From Basidiobolus meristosporus CBS 931.73 (lineage: Eukaryota > Fungi > Basidiobolomycota), in the NCBI GenBank assembly GCA_002104905.1, contig MCFE01000039.1, positions 62,001-126,000 of the forward strand: a DNA stretch of 64,000 nt. The letters are read 5' to 3'. How positions within the stretch are numbered: the first letter of the stretch is position 1; every line of letters begins with the position of its first letter. The notes under the pieces were generated by a model, which saw only the letters and a program-made list of their open reading frames with translations, was not told the DNA's origin and did no database searches. Positions 13,101-23,337 of the stretch are shown here, piece by piece. Position numbers and translations under genes: made by a program.

Positions 13101-15970
13101 ACTCCACTTTGCTATGAAGTATGTGGAACAGTGGTCTGTTGAAGAATACCAGTAAATGAGCAGTATTTTACAAACTTGCTTCAACAGTATTCTCCTCCAT
13201 TGTCACTTTGTAGTACCCTCAGTTTACACCAGTTTGTGTTTCTGCCATGTTCTTGAAGTGCCTTGAGAAAGTGCTTCCATGTATATCTTGTCTTGTCATC
13301 AATGAACATCATAGAGTATATCTTGGCTCCCATGGGCTGTGTTCTCATGTTACATTAACTAAGAGCTAGCTCATAATATATAAATAATTAGGTGGACTCC
13401 CAATTATTTCAACAGCTTCCAGTGCAGAATTGTCTCCCAGGTAAACCTTTCTCACAAGAATAGGCATTAAGTTGTTGAACCACTGCTTTTACCACACATA
13501 TGCTGTGATGCTTCATAGTCAATATGTCATTTATTACTTTGTTACTTGCACTCTCCTGTACAGCTACAAATAACTGTTCATCAGCAGTTATATGGTTTTC
13601 CTGCTCTAGTAACTGTCTTTTGTATGCTTGATTCTTCTTGTATTCTCATGCCCAGTCTCCTAGCTTCATACAGTAGCTACAGCAGCCAGGTTTTCTTTGG
13701 GTTTGTTGTACTCCCTTCTTTTCTGCATGCTTTTCTGAGCTGAATAAAGCATTCACTTCAATTTTCTCTGTTTGATCATTATGTCTGAGTTCTTGATGGA
13801 GAAGTCTTTCATTGACAAAGTCTAAGTTCAGATTATCTTCTCTGCTTTCAAAGAAAAGTATGAGTGGCTCATACTTGTTTAGTAAGCAGCAAAACTGACA
13901 GAGTATCTTTTCTTCATTATCTACACCAGCATTGATACCATAAAGTTCTTCTGCAAGTTTTTGCCTTGGCAGTATTTGAGGCATGGATTTGTCCAATGAA
14001 GGAATCTTGCACATTGATACATATGGCATTAAAGGCCTTTCTCTCCTTCCCTTGAAACTTCCCCACTTCTTCTGCTGTTCCTTTGGGCTCAACTTCTTTT
14101 CCTGTTACTATATTCCAAAGCTTTCTTTCCTCAAGGTGGATCTGCATCTTGGTTCTCCAAAGTCTGTAGTTCTTTCCATCAAACCTCTCCTTTACTGGGA
14201 AGATGCTTGTGTTGTACTGTTTGCTGGTAGGAGCCATCATTAGCATAGATTAAGGCAATTGGGGCTCAAAAACTGTTGCAATTCAAGAAGTGATTTGGAT
14301 ATAAGGAACTTATCAAGAAATAGTGATAATAGTTGAACTGTTGTTTATCAATAAAGAAGCTCAGTATTTATACCTTTGTAGAAGTAATACAGCTGTAACA
14401 CTAAGTAAGGAGGGCTTCTAAATATTCAGAAGCATTGTGTAACAGTTTCAGTGTTAGTACATAATGTTTAGTAATAATGTCAATTTAATCCGGACTATAG
14501 GGGAATAATCATATGATAATAGATCTGTAGAAAGTGGAAAGGTTAGAGCTGTAAATTAGTCCCAGCGTTACCAAGACTAGTCCAGAATTGTTAAGTAAAT
14601 TTTAGCTGCTGAATGATATCAAATAGTCCAATATTTCAGCAGAAGAATCCTACTTCAAAAGAATGCAAGAAGAAAAGAATTTGTTTTAACTTTCACCAAC
14701 AAGGGCATATTGCCAAGTACAGCCCTTTGAGAAGATACAAATACCAGTCAACAAGAACTTTCAGTCACATCAAAGCTCTTGAGCATGGTAATATGGAGGA
14801 TGAACTTGAGGAAGACTCAGAACTCATCTTCCGTATGGCATAAGAGTACCTATACCATATGGCCTCAGACTCAGGAAAGCAATTACACATGGATGGTGCT
14901 ATCAATGGAGTACCTGCTAAGTTCAGGAATGACTCAGGAGCATTGTTTGAGTACATGTCAGAGCAATTTGCCTTGAAAGCTGGAATCAAATCAGAGTCCA
15001 AAAATCAACTTTGGTTTCAACAGCTGATGGCAACTCTACATTAATCAACTCTATTACTCCACCAGTAAGGATGACAATCATTGACTATGGAGGGACCTAC
15101 AGTCATATATATTTGGGAACTGCAGGTTTGATCTTGTACTTGCAAAGACCTAGCTATTCTGTTGTAACCCATCAATCAACTGGAGAACCTATGCTACTCA
15201 GATCCACAAGAACAATAAGACCTATGAGCTATTACCTGCTAGACTGGATTCTGACTTGGTTAAATCCAGTATGTTTAAATAAGTGAGCTTAGCAAGAGAT
15301 GAAGAGTTAAATTGATCTATCTTTGAAGACAGGATTCATCAAACCTAGCAAGTCACCTTGGGGTGCACCAGTGGTTTTTGTGAAAAAGAAGAATGGAACA
15401 CTTAGGATGTGCATTGACTGCAAAGCCCTTAACTATGTTATCATCAAGAATAAGTACCCCATACCTGGGATTGATGAGCATTTGTGCCAACTCAATGGAG
15501 CCATTATATTCAGCAAGATTGACCTCATGTGAGGTTACAACCAGATTAGGTGAAGCCACAAGACATCCCTAAGGCAGCATTCTGGACCAGATATGGACAT
15601 TTTAAGTACTTAGTGACTATGATCTACAGCTTGAATATATTATTTGGATCAGTAGTTAGTCAAATCAATCAGTTTTATGTGTAGCTTACCATTATATTAG
15701 TGCTTTCTATCAAATCAGTTATATTAGTCAGCAGATCTTTATCAGACAGATATATGTATTTAAAGCAAGGTCAACTTATGTGATGATGATGCAATTAAAT
15801 GAGTCATCAGCCACAACCTACATTAGGAGATACAATTAGTCAGCATCTGATCTGCAAAATGTATATAAGGAGCTGCTGAAACCTCAATAAAAATGAGCTC
15901 CAGTGTCAGTGAATTCAATAGTAGCTAAACCCCCTGGTCCTCTACAACTTTGATATCAGAACTTAGAACA
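10150..15970 (+). mobile_element. Internally deleted family A Gypsy relic split by a Copia insertion
   Basis: LTR-A ends at 10457, followed by gag (..AVPMEIDANQK). After the Copia, gag resumes (KNPTSKECKKKRICFNFHQQGHIAKY), then protease, RT start and LTR-A ~15620-15970. Confidence 0.85.
10654..14641 (-). mobile_element. Decayed Ty1/Copia element (family E) with both LTRs and 5-bp TSD GAAGA
   Basis: LTRs 10654-11019 and 14274-14641 (TGTTGCAA...TTTCAACA/TTTCAGCA). GAAGA at 10649-53 and 14642-46. gag (FDGKNYRLWRTKMQIHL), integrase, RT (LYGLKQAPRAWY) and RNase H (ADILIKPL) in Copia order. PPT next to 11019. Confidence 0.92.
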
Positions 15971-17507
15971 TGGTCATTAGACTTGTCCATTGTACCGTGC
16001 CAGGGTGCGCTGCGCAATCCACAGCTGTAAAGAACAATTGGGCGTGATATTATATGTTGTATCCAAGAGAAAGCGTAATAAAACTCTTGAATGGTTTAAC
16101 TGAACCAAAGGGACAATTAAGTGCAGAATCTTAGAATTATCAGAGAGTGGTGGAAATATTAGCAGAAAGATTCTGATCTAATATTGGTCTTGGATATAGC
16201 TGGGTTGGCTATAAAGACAATGATATTTGTTTGCTAAGCAGGCTAGGCTTGGTGTTCTTTGGAGTGCTAGATATAATAGGCTTGAATAGAAACTAGAACG
16301 TAATTGTTGGGTTCTTATTTTTGCTGCGACAGAATCTAAATTTTGTTGAGACACACACTAAACCAAAAGGTTTAGTAAACTTTATTTATACTTTTCTGAT
16401 CAAGTTGAACTAGTAAGCACCAAGGGACTGGACTGATTGAAATCAATTTGGATGTTCATAGGTGCATAAGATAAATGAAAATTACATCATCAATCAACTG
16501 ATGTCTTGGCAACTGCACAGTGGTTGGATAGATCTCAGATGACTAGTCACCTGGGAAGGCTTGGCAGATAGGTTGATAACATAATGACCATTTGAACATA
16601 GATCAGGTGTGATAGCTAAAAATAGATTCTGAGGTGGGATAAATAAACTGTAACTGGGATTTGTTATGTTTGGGTTAGGGAACATCCGTTAGGGTACTAG
16701 ATTTTCAAACGGAGTAAAATTGGCTAAGTTTTAAATGTTGATGCACAACATTATAGCTACCAGAGGGCAGGATTGATCTTGGACAATTTTGCACTATGCG
16801 GGACAATCTCACACACTATGGCACAATCTGACACAATGAGGTTGGCACAGATGATTGCGCCAACTTGTAATGTTTGCATCACATGCGCAATTGGATACAG
16901 CTATTATGGCAGGTAAAACTGGTATTTGGTTATGTTTCTTTAATGTAAATGGAAATAAATGTGTATCACACTATAAACTACACTGATACTTACCATTTTG
17001 GTTACCCTCACTCCAATTGGTTGGTATCTCAGCGGTTAATTGGTCCAAAAGTATCCTGAAGCTGGCAGCCCCCAATTGGCTCTTTGACTACTGAAAAAGC
17101 TACCTGATTTGCCATCAAATATCCCATTTTGCCCATTGAGCAAGTAAATCCCTGATCCTAGTGATTGGACAAGGTGTCATAGCTAGCACGCAAGCAATTG
17201 TGTAGGTGCAAAACAGATCCAATAGCTGCACTGGTATTACAGATGACGTATATATATGCAGAGTGTTTATTTATAGAGGTTCTGTCTCAAATGTGAGATG
17301 ACCTTGATATTACTTATATCAAAAAATTGATGATCACTGATTTGCAATGGCTTGATTTGGATTGCAAAAAAAAAGGGTTGTTGGGATCATTACAGATGTG
17401 AGCAATTCACAGCAATTGCATCATCTTCTCCTGGGTTTTTTTCTCACAGGGATTACTACTGAAGCATTTGGTAGTGACTCACTTTGCACACCTATACTAC
17501 TTCCTGG

Positions 17508-18603
17508 CTAACTATCATCTTGGCTACTTGTGTATTTGTAGTCAGTATTTTGCCTGCTAGTTGATGAGTGCAATGTTGCAGCTTGGCCACGCTGAATTGC
17601 TTCAACTGAACCAACTGAACCGGCCTGCAGTGCCATGCGCTGATGCGATCTTTGACTTGCTAAGGGCTCTGGTGGTTGAGGCACTTCATGTTGGTCATCA
17701 TCAGTCAGTTCACCAGAAGTAACTTGCTGATGGTCAGGCAAAACAGCATGTGCAGGCGCGCCTTGATGCGTTGAGATGGCCCTTGGCTGAGTTTGATGTG
17801 ATGCTGCATGTTGATGCAACTTGGTCCGCTCCAATGGACTTGTGTCTAAATGAGCAGTTTGGCAAGTTCTTGTAGTTTTGCTCTGAAGCACACACATTGA
17901 CCCAACGCACGTAGACTCAATGCGGGGCGTTCTGGTAAAGTGTGTTGGCATGGTCTGGACTGATGTGTTACGGTATGCTTTGAATGTTGCTTGCGGTCTG
18001 TATTCTTCCTCCTGAAGCTCACCATCTGATTGCTCAAGGTATTCACTTACCCTCTGTCTGATACTTTGGAGCTGTTGCCTGGATGAGTCCTGTGTATACT
18101 GCTCTTGGAAGCCACTTAGCTCTACTAATATATCACATAGTACATTAGTCATTTGAGGCAAAAACTCATTCAAAATCTCTTTGGCTCCCAAAGTTGAGAC
18201 ACAAACGGACGTGTGCAAATTGCGTGCAAAATCATTCCCGCGTGGCTTCTTTGTCAAATCCCCTCACTCTCAGCTCATTCTTGATTTCAATACTTGTCTT
18301 GTTATATATCTTTTGACATACATTGGCTGGCATCTTGATGTAGAACTCATGCCACAGCTTTCTACTCAAATTCCTCCATCTTTGTCAACTCTCTGAGGTA
18401 TCTAATTCTGCTAGATTAATCAGTAGTACCCAAATATCTCTATGAAGGCTCATCATAGACACTTGGGCCATACTAAAATCATTTGGTGAGAACTCAAACG
18501 GATCGAACGTTGACTTTTGCAGTCCAGACCATGCTTGTGAGCTGGGGGATGGGTTTTGTCTGGGTTGTACTAAAGATGAGTTCAGGCTTGGTATGGGGAC
18601 CAT
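17508..18603 (-). pseudogene. Accessory ORF of the DDE transposon, unknown function, divergent from the transposase
   Basis: ORF 18385-18603 continues in frame through TGA stops (probable CGA>TGA) into RQRWRNLSRKLWHEFYIKMP..IKNELRVRG. It joins ORF 17508-18257, possibly via a GT..ACTAAT..AG intron near 18130-18215. Confidence 0.45.
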
Positions 18604-18962
18604 AGCAATGGATTCAGATACTTATACAGCAGTATATTGGCATCAACCTGGTCTGATATGAAATATATATGAAAACTAATGTGATTGTTGAATTTTCCAT
18701 ATATTATGCATGATGCATCTTGGATTGCGTTGACATGGATCAGATCACATCAATTGCAGATTTCCTATTTGATTATAGACCTATGATTAAAGCATCAATA
18801 AAAGTACCAAGGCATTGTTTGCAGATGGTTTTTGCAACGTCATGATGGGATACATGGCAATTGATGGAGATTTAACCATAATGTATTAAAAATCAGATAA
18901 ATAACGCAGATTGCACCATATTGATTCAAACCGCCTCCATACAATCATCCATCAATTTTAAT

Positions 18963-19886
18963 ATGACTTACTCATCTGAATGGTCTTTTCTCATCAATCT
19001 CATCACTACCACTGGATTTCCTTTTGACACACTAGAGGAGATCTATTCCAAGTACTGTGGACCATCAACCCCAATCTACTCAAGGAGATCCCTTATTAAG
19101 CTTCTCTGCTATTACAAGAACTATTGCCCTACAAGGTTTCATCCCACCATCTATGGCAACAAATGTCCAGGAAGCTTTCATTTGCAGCTGACAGCAATGG
19201 AGAACCACCTTGCAGAGGGTATGAATGACTTAGAGCAAGCTTGGACTACTAGGTTCAGAAGCTCCAATAGACATCCATATCCCAGAGTGTTCAGCAACAG
19301 GTTCCATATCAGGAGTATTTTGGATACCTTCCCAGTGAGGATTAACAGACCTTCTAGAGGGTAGAGGCACTTTTATTCTGGCAAGTACAAGGCACACTGT
19401 GTGAAGTTTCAAGCACTGTCTGACATTGAGGGTAACATCATCTGGTTTAGTGGGCCATTTGCTGGAAGTAGGCATGACAAAGCACTCTGGGTAGAGAATC
19501 ATCCTGAATTCAGTAGAGGGGAGAAATGTATGGCAGACTTAGCCTATGTAGGAGAGGATTGTCAGAGATTAGGATGTATTGCAGCTTATAGGAAGCCAAG
19601 GAATGGTGTGCTTAGCAGGAAGCAGAAGCTCTACAATGAGATATTTAATCATTTCAGAGTGAGGGTAGAGAACACATTTGGATATCTGAAGAGATTCAGC
19701 ATATTGGCAGATAAATACAGAGGAAAGTTATATATAGGAGAAAACAGCAGAATAGGTAAAATAGTTAAGATACTCATTAATGCACAGTATGTTCATATAA
19801 GAAGACATCCACTGAGAGAAATGTGTCTGGAGCATTACAAAGAGCAAATAAAGCAAAGAAAGCACTATTTGGAGCAACATAAGTAA
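18963..19886 (+). pseudogene. IS5/PIF-Harbinger/ISL2EU-type DDE transposase (DDE_Tnp_4-like) with one in-frame TAG
   Basis: ORFs 18921-19364 and 19401-19886 are in the same frame. Motifs ILDTFPVRINRP, YSGKYKAHCVKFQ, GPFAGSRHD, MADLAY and FRVRVENTFGYLKRFSIL give the D-D-E triad. Confidence 0.88.
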
Positions 19887-20029
19887 GTTGAGCAAAATTA
19901 CCAGTAACTGTATCATACCACTGGCATCATGGTAGAAATTATAGTGCCAGATAGTGCCGTAGAGTGCCAGATCAATCTGGCACCATAAACAGGCTGGCAC
20001 TATGTGGCACTATCCAACAGAACAGGTCT

Positions 20030-21310
20030 ATTAGTCTTGGTTGCACTAATTGCCCCTGCAACAAGCATTACCTTAATGCAAACCATTTTCCAGGAGTACT
20101 TAGACAAGTTTGTGGTATTCTACCCATATGACATATTGATATACAGCAAGTCAGAAGAGGAACACTTAGTGCACATTGAAAGGTTTTGAAAAAGCTAAGA
20201 GAGAACAAACTCTGTGGCAAACTAGCAATGTGAAAATTCTTCAAGGAACTTGTTGAATACATGGGACACTTAGTGACTAGTATAGGAGTGCCTTTACACC
20301 CCAAGAAGGAAGTGGTAATGAAGAGTCTATAACTGTTGAATTATTGAACTATTTGGTATCATTCAGCAGTTAACAATATACTCAACAATTCTAGACTAGT
20401 CTTGGTCACTTTAGGACTAATCTATAGCCCTAGTTTTGACACATTCTTTATCTCCACAATCCTATGATAATTCCCCTATAGTCAGGATTAAATAGACACT
20501 TTTACAAGCCATTATGTACTAACCCTGAAACTGTTACAGAATGCTCATGAGTGTTGAGAAGCTCTCCTTACATGGTATTACAGTTGTAATACTTCTACAA
20601 TGGTGTAAATACTAAACTTTTTATGAATTTACAACAGTTCAACTATTATCTTTATGTCTTGATAAATTCCTTAAATCCAAATCACTTCTTAAATTATAAC
20701 AGAATCAGCCCCTTAGCATATCCACATTTATATCATTCCGTCAAAAGGTTCCCTATTGTTGGGGATTTGCCAAGTCCTTTGCAAGTCTTGCTGCCTCTTT
20801 AGCAGATATCCTTAAGAAAGACAACTCCTTGAAGTGAGACACAGTCTGTGAGACTGCCTTTCAAATGCTTGGGAATGAACTTGCAAAGCTGCCAAGCTTA
20901 ACAATTCCTGACTTCAGAAAGGATTTCACTCTGTGCACAGATGCTTCAGATTATGCAATTGGTGGAGTACTGAGCCAAGACCATGAGAGAAAGGAATAAC
21001 CAGTTGCTTTTCAATTCAAGAAACCAAACTAAGCAGAATAAAACTATACAGTACATGAGAAAGAGATGCTTATTATAGTACACTGCTTGAAGACATGGAG
21101 GTGCTACATTAACAGAGTCAAGTGCACTGTGAAGACTGATCATGCCTCTCTAAAGTACACATTTACTCAGAAGGTATTATCTCAAAGTATGACACTATAG
21201 AGTGAGTACATTTTGCAATATTGGCCTGGAGTTTGTCTACTGCTCTGGGAAAAGTGACACTGCTGATGACACCTGATCAAGACTGAAACCAGTTTCACAA
21301 CTCAACCTGG
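20030..21310 (+). mobile_element. Family A Gypsy RT/RNase H relic carrying a solo Copia LTR
   Basis: TLMQTIFQEYLDKFVV.. and RNase H sequence paralleling 1400-2100, interrupted at 20334-20701. Confidence 0.8.
20334..20701 (+). repeat. Solo LTR, Copia family E
   Basis: Aligns with the reverse complement of 14274-14641; TGTTG...TAACA ends. A further fragment lies at ~31066-31190. Confidence 0.8.
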
Positions 21311-21608
21311 TGCCTGAATCAGATGGATCAGTCTAGCCCTAAGGCTCTTTCCATAGCTCAAGGTCTTCAATAAAACACATCCTTACAATGTCTTTCATTC
21401 TAACTATCAATAGAGTAGTTAACTTGATCTAGGGTGTCCATTTCTGTGATATAGTCCACTAAAAACTCATTCTCAAAGCTGTATACTTGAACCAATTCTT
21501 TCTGTCTGGGTGTTTTAAGCTCCTTCTTAGTAGTGTCTGCTGTTGTGGAGATTCAAGAGCATCCTGAATTTCCAACACACACTCATCTCTGGTGGAGATA
21601 GTCAAGTA

Positions 21609-21995
21609 TGTGGGTTATTACTGACTGTACTTGGTGAGTGGGAGAGCTTGTAGGTCAAGTCAGTACCACTTGGTTCAGAATAGCTTCCGATAGAAGGTAG
21701 CAAGGTAATAAAGACTTCTGTTTATTTTGTCCAAATCTCGTTGTTCTTCCTGGTTCAATTGGGTAGATATATATATCACTTGGGGGGGCTTAGACAATAG
21801 ACAATGTGTTATAAAATAGGGGTGTGAACACCTTCCTGTTATGGTAAGTGTTCTAACTAGATAAGGGCAGGGATAGGAGGGGAGGACGCATGGGGGAATC
21901 ATAGGGAGGGTACTGGAGGACTTCAGGTAGGACTCTGGAGGGAACTCTTGGGAGAACTCTTGGGCAAAGAGTGGGTACTACATTGAGTACTCACA
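21609..21995 (-). repeat. 3' LTR of the young Gypsy
   Basis: TG...CA ends, 387 bp, 7 mismatches (counted by eye) to the 5' LTR. Confidence 0.95.
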
Positions 21996-22039
21996 TATCC
22001 CGGGGGTTAAGTGGGAGCTTCGTCCTCAAAGTTCTTTGA

Positions 22040-23333
22040 CTAACTTGCTTCTCCAGGATCAATTTCGTTTACGGAGCATGGGGAGTCACCGTAGTACCAT
22101 TGCTGGTTGTCACTTGCAAGGGGATCGCGGGCAAGTACCTGATACCATTTGGCAGCAGAGTGGGGTGTGGCCTGTGTTGCTTGAGGGATGTTTTCCACAG
22201 AGCCAAATAGTTGGCAAACCATAGGGTTCTGGGTAAGTTCCTCAGGAGGGTCGGAGAACAAGAAAAGGTGCAATAGCGCAATAAAGTCTTGCTTCTTTAT
22301 CTTGCAAACGTTATCGGGCTTGTCCTTTTTGTGTTCAATATGATGGCAGGGGGCCTTTTGAAGAGGGTGTACACTTGGTCAGCAGTCACCCGTTGTCGAT
22401 AACAAGTTTTTGCTTCTTCCGAGACGTATTGTAGTTCTTCCGTAGAAACTGTGGCGCAATCAAGGCGCTTTCGTACTTGCCTCATGGTTTCTACAGAATC
22501 CGCGGCGGTTTCTCCGGCTTCTTGGAGTTGGACTTTGTACTGATTCCTGAGTTGTCCTATGGTAAACCACTGTAATAGTTGTAACACAGCAACTTGGTGG
22601 ATTGCATGGGTTAACTGGCCGGTGTATTTAATCCGTTTGCGTATCTTCTCTAAGATGGTTCCTTCTTGGAAATGTGGTTTGAGATGTTCGCAAATTTCTT
22701 GGAGGAGTCCTTCAATCGGGAGCTCTACTTCTGGTGCTCTTGCAGCTTGTACCAGGTCTGTGTATACCTCAACAACCGTGGTACCTATTAATGGCAAGTA
22801 TGCAACAAAACAGGGGGGCTCTCAAGGTCTCGTGAGGGCGCAACAGTTGATTCCTTGTGTCTTCTGTCTGACTGTGTCCAGTATGGATACGGGAATCAGC
22901 GCGGCGTCCTTCTCCTTAATGATCAAGGAACCTCCTCTTAGGTGGTACATGGTCTTCTTGGGTAGTATCTCCATGCTTTGTATTGGCGTGGGTAACTTGT
23001 CTCGTCCCTCTCTGATTGTGTCTTGTATTAGCGTGACTGCTCCGGCAAACGACTCTTCATAGGTGGCTCTTGTCGTACGTAATGCTTGTACCATATCTCT
23101 TAACACTTGCAGGTCGGTTTTGTTTTTGATATCATCTTGGTTCTCGCTAGTGGGAGGGGTATTGCCAGTTTTGGGTGAACTGTTTCCTTTGGCACTTTCC
23201 ATATGCATTCTTTTGTTCTCCCCTTTGGGCAAACTCCCTCGCGCATATTATTTGTACCTATATTGACTAAAATCTCCTCTAATAAACTTTGAATGTATCC
23301 CGTGTCTTCCTCTATCCTTGTCCTGATAATCAT
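22040..23333 (-). pseudogene. ORF3 of the young Gypsy (unknown protein at the env position)
   Basis: ORFs 22822-23232 and 22297-22797 are in frame across one TGA (CCT TGA GAG). The flanking ORFs 23100-23333 and 22040-22273 plausibly join by 1-nt shifts. Confidence 0.65.
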
Positions 23334-23337
23334 TTAA

